Assembly (NCBI GenBank): GCA_040768665.1
Contig: JAXGMN010000031.1
Span: forward strand, 36,369 to 100,368
DNA from: Thermoguttaceae bacterium
GTDB lineage: Bacteria > Planctomycetota > Planctomycetia > Pirellulales > Thermoguttaceae
Reading direction: 5' to 3'
Length of the DNA stretch: 64,000 bases
Made by a program: the position numbers and the translations under genes
Shown: positions 28,718-38,144 of the stretch, piece after piece
Layout: each line of letters starts with the position of its first letter
Numbering within the stretch: position 1 is the first letter of the stretch
The notes under the pieces: model-generated
What the model was told of the DNA's origin: nothing
What the model saw: only the letters and a program-made list of their open reading frames with translations
The model's database searches: none

Positions 28718-30982
28718 ATGAGAGTTTCATCGGTCGTATGCCTCTTTCGAGGCGCGGCGGCAATGGCGATGGTCTGGCTTCTGCCGGAGGCGTTCGCCGT
28801 GGGGGAAGTCCCCGCAGAATTGCGGCCTTGGCTCGTCGAGCAGACGTGGCAGCGCGATACGGATGGACCGGTCCTGTCGCTGGGCGAGCCGGACGAATTC
28901 GACGACAGGCATGTCTTCGCGCCGGCCGTTGCTTTGGAAGATGGCGTGTACCGGCTGTGGTACTGCGGGTCGCGCGGCGAGGTCCACGAGCGGGTATTTC
29001 AACTGGGGCTGGCCAGCAGCCGAGACGGGCGAGCGTTCACCCGGGATCCGGAAAATCCCGTGTTCTCGTTTGGCGACGGAAAGAACTCGGTGCTTACGCC
29101 GACACTGCTTCGTGGGCCGGACGGTTCGACGCTCTGCGAGGACGGAAAACTGCGGATGTGGTTCAGTTCGACGTGCTTCCAAGAGCCAAGCACGCTGCAT
29201 ACGCTGCACGAGACGGCGAGCGAAGACGGCGTTCGGTGGTCGAGGCCGTCGGACCCGCTATTGAAAGACGTTTACGCGCCGACGGTGATCAAGACGGGCC
29301 GAACGTACCAGATGTGGTATACCGACGTTTCGTCCGAGCCGTGGATCATTCGCCATGCGACGAGCGCCGACGGGCGGAAGTGGCGAGTGACGCACGAGCC
29401 GTCGCTGGTGGCAGATCAGCAGTGGGAAAAGGGAAATCTGTTCTATCCGACGGTGCTGAAGATCGGCGGGGCGTATCTGATGTGGTATGGCAGCTACTGG
29501 ACGGCCAGAAGCGATACGACGGCGCTGGGATTCGCCGTGAGCCTGGATGGGATGAAGTGGTACAAGTACGTCGGCAATCCGGTATTTCGGCCCGATCCGA
29601 ACCGCCCGTGGGAGTCGCACTATGTGACCAGCCAATCGATCCTTCGGCGGGCGGACGGCAGCCTCCGCATGTGGTATGCCAGCCGCAAGGCGCCGCCGTT
29701 TGTCAACAAGTACTTCGCGATCAATACCGCACGATGGGCGAATCCACCGGAAAAGAATGCTGCAGACGATCGCGTGGCAGAACATTTCACCGGCCGAGAG
29801 GCGTTTCTGAGCTGGCAGCGAAGCACGCGTCAGCGGATTGCCGAGATGCTGGGGATTCCGCGGCGGCGCGTGCCCTTGGAAGCGGAGAAGCGGGGAGAGT
29901 TCGAACAGGACGGCATCGTGATCGAGAAGTGGGTGTTCACGGCGGAACCGGGCTCGCGCGTGCCGGCGGTGCTCTATCGGCCCGCGTCTTTTGCCGAGCC
30001 GATACCGGCAATCGTGCTGACGTTCGGCCACGGCGGGAGCAAGAGCCAGTGGCAGTACAACTTCACGGGGCAGTTGTACGCGCGGATGGGCCTGGCCTGC
30101 CTTGCACTGGACCCGATCGGCGAGGAAGAGCGGCATATCGAGGCCCGCCTGGGAACGCGTGCCCACGATCCTCGAAGTGTCCACGAGCATGCGGACGGCG
30201 CCGGCCGGCTGATCATGGGCAAGCTGGTGTTTGATACGATGCGGGGCGTCGATCTGTTGTGCACGCGCGAGGACGTCGACCATGAGCGAATCGGGGTGGC
30301 GGGGAATTCGCTTGGCGGAGCGAAGGCGAGTTGGATGGCGGCGCTGGAGCCGCGGCTGAAGATGGCGATCGTTTCCGGCTGGGCGTATTCCGACGTCGGG
30401 CTGAGGTCGAAGTACTGTACGAAGGCCCCGAACCAGCGGATGCGGGAGCTTTTGGGCTGGGCCGAGTACGCGGCCTTGGCGGCTCCGGGGTGCGCGATGT
30501 TGGTGATGAACGGCGATGCCGACGTGATCATCGATACCGACGGCGACGGCACGGCTTGGGCCGATACCACGGCTGCGGTCGAAGCGGCCGCCAAGGTGTA
30601 TGCGATGTTCGGGGCCGCCGGCAAGATCGGCGTGTGGTACGAGTCGGGAGGCGGTCACCGGCCGTATATGGTTCAGAAGGAGGCACTCGTGTGGATTCAC
30701 CGGCATCTTGGCACACCCGGCTGGACCTTGGAGGAAATCCGGAAGCTGCCGACCGTGAATTCCGGGCAGTGGTGCGACGCGCACGGCATCCGGCTGGAAT
30801 CGCTCTATGGGATTCCGCTGCACCAGCGGGGCACCAGACTTCCGGACCTGCAGTTGCGTCCGATCGGGCGCGAGAGGCTCGCATGCCTGAAAGAGTCGGA
30901 ACGGGGTTCGGAGGCGTATACGCTGGAAGGCTGGCTGGAAAGGATCAACCGCGCAAGCGGTGCCTCTGCGGCCCGGCCGTAA
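28718..30982 (+). CDS. Secreted bifunctional protein: N-terminal five-bladed beta-propeller glycoside-hydrolase-like domain (GH43/GH32/GH130-like fold) fused to a C-terminal alpha/beta-hydrolase esterase (acetyl-xylan-esterase / dienelactone-hydrolase-like)
   Basis: 754 aa. Signal peptide. Five recurrences of ...DG..W.R...P..(L/M)W(Y/F).. (LWYCGS, MWFSST, MWYTDV, MWYGSYW, MWYASRK). The C-terminal half has HGGSKSQW and the nucleophile elbow GNSLGG. Confidence 0.65.
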   Translation: MRVSSVVCLFRGAAAMAMVWLLPEAFAVGEVPAELRPWLVEQTWQRDTDGPVLSLGEPDEFDDRHVFAPAVALEDGVYRLWYCGSRGEVHERVFQLGLASSRDGRAFTRDPENPVFSFGDGKNSVLTPTLLRGPDGSTLCEDGKLRMWFSSTCFQEPSTLHTLHETASEDGVRWSRPSDPLLKDVYAPTVIKTGRTYQMWYTDVSSEPWIIRHATSADGRKWRVTHEPSLVADQQWEKGNLFYPTVLKIGGAYLMWYGSYWTARSDTTALGFAVSLDGMKWYKYVGNPVFRPDPNRPWESHYVTSQSILRRADGSLRMWYASRKAPPFVNKYFAINTARWANPPEKNAADDRVAEHFTGREAFLSWQRSTRQRIAEMLGIPRRRVPLEAEKRGEFEQDGIVIEKWVFTAEPGSRVPAVLYRPASFAEPIPAIVLTFGHGGSKSQWQYNFTGQLYARMGLACLALDPIGEEERHIEARLGTRAHDPRSVHEHADGAGRLIMGKLVFDTMRGVDLLCTREDVDHERIGVAGNSLGGAKASWMAALEPRLKMAIVSGWAYSDVGLRSKYCTKAPNQRMRELLGWAEYAALAAPGCAMLVMNGDADVIIDTDGDGTAWADTTAAVEAAAKVYAMFGAAGKIGVWYESGGGHRPYMVQKEALVWIHRHLGTPGWTLEEIRKLPTVNSGQWCDAHGIRLESLYGIPLHQRGTRLPDLQLRPIGRERLACLKESERGSEAYTLEGWLERINRASGASAARP

Positions 30983-31184
30983 TGTCGGGTAGTGCGGGGG
31001 TTTGGGTAGGCTGCGTTTTGACCGGAAGCCCGCCGTGACGCTCTGGGCGACTTGACCGTGGCCAAAACCTTCCTTGGTTGCTTCATGGGAAGTTAAGCGC
31101 GGCTGACCGGGTGGGGGGCCCGAGAGAAAGGCCGGCCTCGTGGTTCATTTTCCAGGCGACAGACAATAGAATCGGCCAGTGAGG

Positions 31185-31290
31185 GTGAGTGGGTTCCGCT
31201 TGCCCGAGCATGACCCGGGAGCAAGGTCCCGGTCGCCAAGTCTGGTAGGTCCCGCTTGCCGGAGACCTACCGGTGGCGGAACCTATTGGT
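31185..31290. repeat. Composite copy of the intergenic palindromic repeat family
   Basis: GTGGGTTCCGCTTGCCCGAGC (31189-31209), then GGTAGGTCCCGCTTGCCGGAGACCTACCGGTGG (31244-31276), in which GGTAGGTC and GACCTACC form a hairpin. Shares the core and the ACCTACCGGTGG tail with 41528-41615. Confidence 0.5.
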
Positions 31291-31319
31291 CGTAACCGCT
31301 TATTGCAAGGAGCAATTCC

Positions 31320-32681
31320 ATGGGTATCCGTTTGGAGGTCATTCAGTATTTCGATGAGGCGAACCGATCGCTGGTGCAGAGGATCCCGGCGGACGGGTCG
31401 GCCGACATCAAACTCGGGGCTCAATTGATCGTGCAGGAGAACCAAGAGGCGATCTTTTTTCGCGATGGGAAAGCGCTCGACCGGTTCAGCCCGGGGCGCT
31501 ACACGCTCACGACGGCGAACCTGCCGCTCATCACGCGACTGTTGACGATTCCGTGGGAGAAGTCGCCGTTCCAGTGTCTGGTCTACTTCATCGGCAAGCA
31601 GACCTTTCTCGATCAGAAATGGGGCACGCGCCAGCCGATCACGTTCCGCGACGCCGACTTCGGCATGGTGCGGCTACGGAGCTTCGGCAAGTTCTCGTTC
31701 CGCGTCGCCGACGCGGCGGTGTTGGTCAATACCCTGGTCGGCACGCAGGGAAAGTACTCGACGGACCAGGCCACCGCGTTCCTCAAGGACCTGATCGTCG
31801 CGCGGATGACCGATCTGCTGGGCACGCTGGGTCTGAGCCTGCTCGATCTGCCTTCGCGTTACGACGAGATCGCCTCCGGCACGCGGGCCAAGGTGAGCGA
31901 GGAGTTCGGCAAGTACGGGCTGGAGCTGGTCGATTTTTTCATCAACGCCATCACGCCGCCGGAAGAGGTGCAGAAGGCGATCGACGCACGGAGCTCGATG
32001 GGAGCCGTCGGCGATCTGAACGCGTTCATGAAGTTCCAGGCGGCCAACAGCATGTCGAAGCTGGCCGAGCAGGGATCAGGTGGCGGAGGAGCGATGGGGA
32101 TGGGAATGGGTGCCGGGTTCGGGATGATGATGCCGGGCATGATTCAGCAGGCGATGGCCGGCGGCGCGGGCCCACAGCCGGCGTCGCCCTCAGCGCCGCG
32201 GCCACAGCCCGCGCCGACTCCTGCCGCCGCAAGCGGAGCCGCCGGCCTCAACTTCGATGACTTGGCTCCGGTCACTTCGGACCCCAAGGCGATGGTCCGC
32301 TCCGTGGCCCGGGCTGCCGGCTACTCGGTGTCCGAGTCGGGCGAAAGCTGGGAGATAACGGTTCCCGTCGGCGCGACCCGCAAGCAGAAGGTCCACGTCG
32401 ACTACGGCCAATCGGATCGCGAGGGACACGCGATGGTCAGCTTCTGGTCGGTCTGCGGTCCGGCGGCCGAGAACAACGCGATGGCGCTGTTGCGTTACAA
32501 CGCCTCGATGCTGCACGGCGCGTTTGCCGTCAAGATGCTGGACGGGGGCCCGGCCGCAGTGCTTCAGGCCAATCACCTGGCCGAAGCACTCGATCCGCTG
32601 GAAATCAGCCGGACGCTCTCCGCGATCGCCTGGCAGGCCGACACGGTCGAGGAAAAGCTCGTTGGCAGCGACGAGTATTGA
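31320..32681 (+). CDS. SPFH/Band-7-like domain protein (COG4260-like, no TM) with a Gly/Met-rich linker and a C-terminal YbjN-like domain
   Basis: 453 aa. N-terminal beta-rich region then a coiled helical region typical of SPFH proteins lacking a membrane anchor. Low-complexity [21 protein letters not shown] followed by [20 protein letters not shown]. The last ~130 aa (PKAMVRS...WEITVPVG...HVDYGQ...[13 protein letters not shown]...[17 protein letters not shown]) resemble the YbjN putative-sensory-transduction-regulator fold. These are motif-level assignments. Confidence 0.5.
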   Translation: MGIRLEVIQYFDEANRSLVQRIPADGSADIKLGAQLIVQENQEAIFFRDGKALDRFSPGRYTLTTANLPLITRLLTIPWEKSPFQCLVYFIGKQTFLDQKWGTRQPITFRDADFGMVRLRSFGKFSFRVADAAVLVNTLVGTQGKYSTDQATAFLKDLIVARMTDLLGTLGLSLLDLPSRYDEIASGTRAKVSEEFGKYGLELVDFFINAITPPEEVQKAIDARSSMGAVGDLNAFMKFQAANSMSKLAEQGSGGGGAMGMGMGAGFGMMMPGMIQQAMAGGAGPQPASPSAPRPQPAPTPAAASGAAGLNFDDLAPVTSDPKAMVRSVARAAGYSVSESGESWEITVPVGATRKQKVHVDYGQSDREGHAMVSFWSVCGPAAENNAMALLRYNASMLHGAFAVKMLDGGPAAVLQANHLAEALDPLEISRTLSAIAWQADTVEEKLVGSDEY

Positions 32682-32691
32682 GGAGGCGCGG

Positions 32692-34170
32692 ATGCGATTC
32701 ACCTTGGCAACCCGGATCTCGACAGCCGTGGTCGGCGTGGTCGCACTCGCCTTGATGACGAGCGGAGTCGCGCTCTATTCGTCTCGGAATATCAACGATC
32801 TTCTGACGACAACAATCCATAAGAACCTTCCCAGTGTGAGAGCCGCGGAAGAGCTCGAAATTGCACTTTTGGAGCAGCGGGGCATGGTCGGCTCCTACAT
32901 CCTGGACGGTGGGAATCGCGAGTGGCTCGAGGGGCTTCCCGAACGGGAACTCAGCTTCCGCCACTGGCTGGATCAGGCGCGTGCTACGGCCCATACGCCG
33001 AGCGAGCACGCGATCCTCGACGATCTGATGGAGGTCTATCTCCGGTACGACGCCAAGCGCGACCGGGTGATTGAATTGTATGAAGCCGGAGAGACTTCGC
33101 AGGCGAGGGAGATCCTCCTGGGCGACGTCTATGCATTGTACCACCGTGCATATGAGCTCTGCGAGGCGTTCATCAGGGCGAACATTGACTCCGTCGACCA
33201 GTCGGTCGCCTCGGCCACCCGTCAAACGCGCGACGCCGCGCTGCTCACCGTGTTGGCGGTGGTCGTTACGACGGCATTGGGGCTGTTTCTCCTGTGGCTT
33301 TTTTTCGTCGGTGTGCTGCTTCCCCTGCGGCGGATGATCGCCGAGGCAAAGGAGTATGCCGGTGACCGCGCCGGATCCAACGGCGACGAGTTGCGTGCGA
33401 TGGGCGATTATCTGAAGCTGCTCATGTCGGACATGGCCGTGACCAGGAGCAGCCTGGAAGCGAGCGAGGCCAGGCTCTCCAGCGCGGAGAAGTTGGCTTC
33501 GGTCGGCAAGCTCGCCGCCGGCGTCGCCCACGAGATTCGGAATCCGCTCACCGCGATCAAGATGTGGCTCTATTCGATCCGCGGAAGCGTGGCGTCCGAC
33601 GCGGAACTGGACCGAAAGCTTGCCATCGTGTCCGAAGAAATCACCCGACTGGAAAACATCGTCCACGATTTCCTCGAGTTCTCGCGCCCGGCCCCGCTGA
33701 AGCTGGTCCGACACGATCTCCGCTCGATCGTCGGCACCACGTTGGATCTGCTCCGCTGCCGGTTTGAAGAGGCCGGCATTCAGCTCATCTGGGCGTTACC
33801 TCCCGAACCGGTCTGGGTATCGGCCGACTCGGAACAGCTTCGCCAGGTGCTGATCAACCTGGCAAACAACGCGATCGACGCCACGCCGGCGGGCGGCGAA
33901 GTCCGCGTGGAAGTCGGAATGGAATCGGCCGGCCAGATAGGTCCCATGGGGATAGTTCGCATGCGGGACACGGGCGGCGGAATGCCCGACGACGTCCGGG
34001 AGCAGATCTTCGACCCATTTTTCACCACTAAGGAAGGCGGGACCGGTCTCGGGCTCAGCATTGCTGCGCAGATCGTCGCTCGCCACCAGGGACGGCTCCT
34101 CTTAGAGTCCACATCGGACCGCGGCACGACGCTGTCGATCTCAATCCCTCTGGCGGAGCAAGACGGATGA
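32692..34170 (+). CDS. Sensor histidine kinase (two TM helices flanking a ~170-aa periplasmic helical sensor; HisKA + HATPase_c)
   Basis: The start is at the Met of MRFTLATRISTAVVGVVALALM, 11 nt after the SPFH stop. The ORF track begins at 32524. H-box HEIRNPLTAI. N-box NLANNAIDA. G-boxes DTGGGMP and GGTGLGLSIA. Confidence 0.85.
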   Translation: MRFTLATRISTAVVGVVALALMTSGVALYSSRNINDLLTTTIHKNLPSVRAAEELEIALLEQRGMVGSYILDGGNREWLEGLPERELSFRHWLDQARATAHTPSEHAILDDLMEVYLRYDAKRDRVIELYEAGETSQAREILLGDVYALYHRAYELCEAFIRANIDSVDQSVASATRQTRDAALLTVLAVVVTTALGLFLLWLFFVGVLLPLRRMIAEAKEYAGDRAGSNGDELRAMGDYLKLLMSDMAVTRSSLEASEARLSSAEKLASVGKLAAGVAHEIRNPLTAIKMWLYSIRGSVASDAELDRKLAIVSEEITRLENIVHDFLEFSRPAPLKLVRHDLRSIVGTTLDLLRCRFEEAGIQLIWALPPEPVWVSADSEQLRQVLINLANNAIDATPAGGEVRVEVGMESAGQIGPMGIVRMRDTGGGMPDDVREQIFDPFFTTKEGGTGLGLSIAAQIVARHQGRLLLESTSDRGTTLSISIPLAEQDG

Positions 34171-35588
34171 GCAAAATCCTCGTTGTCGACGATGAGCGGA
34201 GTGTGCTGGCGGCGTTCCACGAAATCCTCAAGGACCGGGGGCACGAGGTGGTCACGGCGACTCGTGGCGAAGAGGCTCTCGACGCCATTCAGGCCCGGGA
34301 CTTCGAGCTTGTGGTGATGGACGTTCACCTACCGGGCATCAGCGGGCTGGAGGCGCTGCGGCGGATCAAGTCGCTGCGTCCGAAGCTACCGATCATCATG
34401 ATGACGGGGCGGGGCACGATGAATACGGCCATCGAGGCGACAAAGACCGGTGCCTTTGACTACCATCTCAAGCCGCTCGATCCCGCGGAGATCCTGCGTA
34501 CGATCGATAAGGCCCTGGAAAGTTCTCGGCTCGCCAGGCAGCCGGTCGTTTTCGATACGGACGCGTCCACCGCCGGCGGTGACGCCATGATCGGCCAGAG
34601 CCCCGCCATGCAGGAGGTCTACAAGACGATCGGCCACGTCGCAGCTACGGACGCCACGGTCCTCGTCCGGGGCGAATCGGGCACCGGCAAGGAATTGGTC
34701 GCGCGGGCGGTCTATCAGCACAGCGGCCGCAGCCGGGCTCCGCTGCTGGTGGTCAATTGTGCAGCGATTCCGGAAACACTCTTGGAAAGCGAGTTGTTCG
34801 GCCACGAGCAGGGCGCATTTACCGGCGCTCAGTTCCGCCGCATCGGCAAGTTCGAGCAGGCGGACGGCGGAACGATTTTTCTCGACGAAATCGGGGATAT
34901 TCCGCTTGCGGTCCAGGCCAAGATCCTGCGGGTTCTGCAGGAGAAGACCTTTGATCGCCTGGGGAGCAACGACACTCAACGCACCGACGTGCGCGTGATC
35001 GCGGCGACAAATCGCGATCTGGACGGCGCGATTGCCCGTGGAGAGTTCCGCGAAGATCTCTATCACCGGCTCAACGTGGTCACCATCCGCCTGCCGCCGC
35101 TTCGCGAACGGCGCGAAGACATTCCCCGGCTGGTGGACTATTTCTTGGCCCGGCTGGCCGACGAACTCAAGACGCCCAAGCCCATCGTGTCGAAAGAGGC
35201 GCTGGAACTCCTGGAGGCCTATCCATGGCCGGGAAATGTCCGAGAACTCAGCCACGCGATTCAGCGTGCGATGATCTTTACCCACGGACATCCGATTCAG
35301 GCGGCGGACCTTTCGTCCGTTTTGGAGCATCGCCCCGGCGACCTCGCGCAGTCCGAACTGCTGGCCGACGACGAGCTGGCGAAGGCGCTGGTAGTGCGGT
35401 ATCTCGCCTCGCACGGCGGGGAAGGGGCTCATGAGCGGCTTCTCGGCATGGTGGAGAAACACCTGCTTGCTGAAGCACTCCGCAGGACGCAAGGCAACCA
35501 GACGCACGCCGCCCGTCTGCTCGGCCTGGCAAGGCCCACCCTCCACGCCAAGATGCAGAAACACGGCCTGCGCGAGGAGGGGATTTAG
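34167..35588 (+). CDS. Sigma-54-dependent response regulator (NtrC family: REC + AAA+ + HTH)
   Basis: 473 aa. Overlaps the kinase stop (ATGA). REC ILVVDDE. Walker A GESGTGKE. GAFTGA sigma54-contact motif. Arginine finger region. C-terminal Fis-type HTH QTHAARLLGLARPTLHAKM. Confidence 0.85.
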   Translation: MSKILVVDDERSVLAAFHEILKDRGHEVVTATRGEEALDAIQARDFELVVMDVHLPGISGLEALRRIKSLRPKLPIIMMTGRGTMNTAIEATKTGAFDYHLKPLDPAEILRTIDKALESSRLARQPVVFDTDASTAGGDAMIGQSPAMQEVYKTIGHVAATDATVLVRGESGTGKELVARAVYQHSGRSRAPLLVVNCAAIPETLLESELFGHEQGAFTGAQFRRIGKFEQADGGTIFLDEIGDIPLAVQAKILRVLQEKTFDRLGSNDTQRTDVRVIAATNRDLDGAIARGEFREDLYHRLNVVTIRLPPLRERREDIPRLVDYFLARLADELKTPKPIVSKEALELLEAYPWPGNVRELSHAIQRAMIFTHGHPIQAADLSSVLEHRPGDLAQSELLADDELAKALVVRYLASHGGEGAHERLLGMVEKHLLAEALRRTQGNQTHAARLLGLARPTLHAKMQKHGLREEGI

Positions 35589-35846
35589 ACCGCCGATGTC
35601 CGTTTCCTGACGATGCGTCAGACGCCAGACACCGACGTGACCAGAATTGTCGCATTCTGTTCACGCATTGCGGTGCGAATGTGGCACCGCTGTTCAGCTT
35701 GGTGCGATCCTGTCGGATTTCCCAACAGCGGCACGCCGCTTGCTGCCTCACTGGACCCGCTCGGTTTGACGGTCTACACGAACTGACGCGACATTCTGAC
35801 CGACTGGTCGGGGGCATCACATCAACGGAGTGAGAGGAGTAGCAGA

Positions 35847-36191
35847 ATGCGGATCCGAATCAAGATCCTGAACGATGACCTCAAGTGCGTCGACTTCCAT
35901 TCGGAAGATCTCCCGATTCTCGTGGGAAGCATTGCCGACGCAAATATCTGTGTGGCCGATCCACTGGTCGATCCGCTGCACTGCATGATCGACGGCAACC
36001 GGGGCAGTCTGACCGTCCTCGCGTTGAGCAGCAAATCGGCGACCCTGTTGAACGGAGAACGGATCAGCGAGGCCGAGCTGTCGTCGGGCGACTGCCTGAC
36101 CCTCGGAGCCACCTGTCTGTTGGTCGACTTCGCCCCGCCTCAGCAGCGAGGTGGAGAATACAGAGCCCGCGCGGCAGTTGGTTCCCGCTGA
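35847..36191 (+). CDS. FHA-domain protein
   Basis: 114 aa. GAGAGGAG Shine-Dalgarno. ILVGSIADANICVADPLVDPLHCMI...SKSATLLNGERI...GDCLTLG fits the FHA pattern (G-R...vS..Ha.i....S.NGT.vNg..i...l..gD.i.lG). Confidence 0.55.
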   Translation: MRIRIKILNDDLKCVDFHSEDLPILVGSIADANICVADPLVDPLHCMIDGNRGSLTVLALSSKSATLLNGERISEAELSSGDCLTLGATCLLVDFAPPQQRGGEYRARAAVGSR

Positions 36192-36225
36192 ACGCGTGCC
36201 ATGCGCATGCCTGGAGAATGCTTCG

Positions 36226-36375
36226 ATGAGGAGAAGAGTGCTGGTCGCCGACGACAGCAGCAACATTCGCGAGTACTGCCGGGAAGTGCTCGAGCAGGCA
36301 GGCTACCACGTGGTCACCGTCAAGGACGGCGTGGAAGCACTCGAAACGATTAAGGAAGACCCTCCCGACGTTGTC
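36226..36375 (+). pseudogene. Truncated receiver (CheY-like REC) domain gene, paralog of the complete REC gene at 49868..50323
   Basis: MRRRVLVADDSSNIREYCREVLEQAGYHVVTVKDGVEALETIKEDPPDVV parallels MNTLLFADDRKNIREFCKHELEEEGYRVIVARDGREAVRLVQEEHPDLAILD. REC-like sequence stops after ~50 codons, exactly where the converging antiporter gene ends (36378). The remaining frame reads antisense of that gene. Confidence 0.55.
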
Positions 36376-36377
36376 CA

Positions 36378-38144
36378 TCACATCAGCAGCACCAACAGCC
36401 CCAGCCAGATCGACAGCAGCGCTGCCGCGAACGTCGTTCCTCGCAGCAGCCATGCCTCCACGCCCGCCGTGGCCCTCGCCATGCGGGAGACGTTGCCGCG
36501 GATCTCGCCGGCGCTTTTCCTCAACGCCTCCACGCTCGTCAGGATCTCTCGGACACCGTGCCAGGGCACCCGCAACCCTGGCCCCAAGGATTCCAGCAGC
36601 ACGACCACGTCGCCCGCGGGCACCGACACGGTCCGCCACGAGCGTCTTCGTGAAGACAGCAGCCAGAGCCCCGCGATCGCCACTCCGACCGACACGGGCC
36701 AGACCGCCGTCCAGAGCTTGGCGGGCGAGACGAGCAGGTCGGCGACCGAGACCGCGGCGCCCCAGGGCCAAAGCGGAACCGCCAGCAAGACCGCGGCCAA
36801 GAGGGCTGCCCACGGGACGAACAGACCCTTTGCCTCGTGGGCTGCGTGCGTCTCGGATCGCGGCCAGACGATCACCAGGAAACGGACCATCAAGAGGGTC
36901 GTGGCGACCGTGCCCAAGGTGAGCAGCAAGACCAACACATCCAGCCAGAAGCCGGGAGCGCCGGCGACGGCCAATTTGAGCAGGCTCTTGGCAATCGCCC
37001 CGCTGGTCAGGGGCGCTCCGGCAAGAGACAGGGCGCCGAGCAGGAGCCCCGCTGCCGTCAACCGCCGCATCCAGATCCCGTCTGCCGCGTCCGACACCGC
37101 CACCCCAAGAAACAACGCCCCCTTGGCAAGGCCATGGTGCAGCGCGAACAGAGAAACGGTCGTGACCACCACGGGCGCCGCCAGTTCGCCCGCGAGCCCC
37201 AGGCCGATGGCCGCGATCATCCAGCCCATCTGGCTCACGCTGGAATAAGCCAGCACCGTCTTGGGGTTGGTCTGCGTCAGACCGATGGCAACGCCGTAAA
37301 AAGCCCCGGCAATTCCGGCGGCAATGCACAGATGCGCCCAAGGCTCCAGGCCCGGCACTCCCAGGGGCAACAGCCGGAGCCATCCGATCAGTCCGGCTTT
37401 GATCATCGCCCCGCTGAGGACCGCACTGGCCGGCGCCGGTGCGGCGGGATGGGCCAACGGAAGCCAGAAGTGCAGCGGCAGCAAACCGGCCTTGATCCCC
37501 AGTCCCACCAGCGCCAAGGCCAGAATCAGGTCGCGTAGGGGAGACCGGGCGACGGCGGCAGGCAATCCGTCAAAGTAGGTGTTGCCCGCTGCCGCCGCGG
37601 CCAAGACGAATGCGGCGAACAGGGCCATCTCGCCCACCACCACCAGCACCAGGTAGATCCGTCCCGCGCGGATCGCTTCCTCGTCGCGGTTGTAGACTAC
37701 CAGTCCATAGGACGCGAAGCTCATCAGGGCGAAGAACGAATAGAAGCTGACCATGTCCTGGGCCACCACCAGGCCCAGATTGCCGCTCATCGCCAGGAGA
37801 TAGAAGAAGAGGAAACGGTGGCGTCGCGGATCGTGGGCCAAGTAGCTGCCCGCCGATAGCCCCGCCGTCAGCCAGAGGACCGACGTGAGGAACAGAAACG
37901 CCCGCGCGGTCTCGTCGATCCCCAACCGGCTGCCCAGCAGCAGCCAGGGGACGTCGGCTGAGATCGGACCGAGCGGCAGAACGGCGAGGATCAGCATGGG
38001 CAGGGCCGACCAGGGCGCCAACGACATCGCCCTCGCACGCCAACGGCGAATCAGCAGGCCCCAGGCGACCGCCAGCGGCAAGCCCGTGCCGAAAAGCCAG
38101 GTCAGTCCGCTCGATGCGGCCGTTTCCATCCAGCTTGGCGTCAT
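36378..38144 (-). CDS. Mrp/Mnh antiporter large subunit, MrpA/MrpD (NuoL/ND5)-like (third of three)
   Basis: The start is at the Met of MTPSWMETAASSGL, overlapping the upstream gene by 4 nt. The ORF track extends to 38591. Polytopic. Conserved GLLPLHFWLPLAHPAAPAPASAVLSGAMIKAG motif (compare [22 protein letters not shown] of NuoL/MrpA/D). Confidence 0.75.
   Translation of the reverse strand: MTPSWMETAASSGLTWLFGTGLPLAVAWGLLIRRWRARAMSLAPWSALPMLILAVLPLGPISADVPWLLLGSRLGIDETARAFLFLTSVLWLTAGLSAGSYLAHDPRRHRFLFFYLLAMSGNLGLVVAQDMVSFYSFFALMSFASYGLVVYNRDEEAIRAGRIYLVLVVVGEMALFAAFVLAAAAAGNTYFDGLPAAVARSPLRDLILALALVGLGIKAGLLPLHFWLPLAHPAAPAPASAVLSGAMIKAGLIGWLRLLPLGVPGLEPWAHLCIAAGIAGAFYGVAIGLTQTNPKTVLAYSSVSQMGWMIAAIGLGLAGELAAPVVVTTVSLFALHHGLAKGALFLGVAVSDAADGIWMRRLTAAGLLLGALSLAGAPLTSGAIAKSLLKLAVAGAPGFWLDVLVLLLTLGTVATTLLMVRFLVIVWPRSETHAAHEAKGLFVPWAALLAAVLLAVPLWPWGAAVSVADLLVSPAKLWTAVWPVSVGVAIAGLWLLSSRRRSWRTVSVPAGDVVVLLESLGPGLRVPWHGVREILTSVEALRKSAGEIRGNVSRMARATAGVEAWLLRGTTFAAALLSIWLGLLVLLM

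Noticed and set aside
36151-37248. 365-aa plus-strand ORF beginning with a receiver-like N-terminus
   Set aside because: Only the first ~50 codons are receiver-like (annotated as a pseudogene fragment). The rest is Ser/Pro/Ala-rich antisense translation of the antiporter gene.
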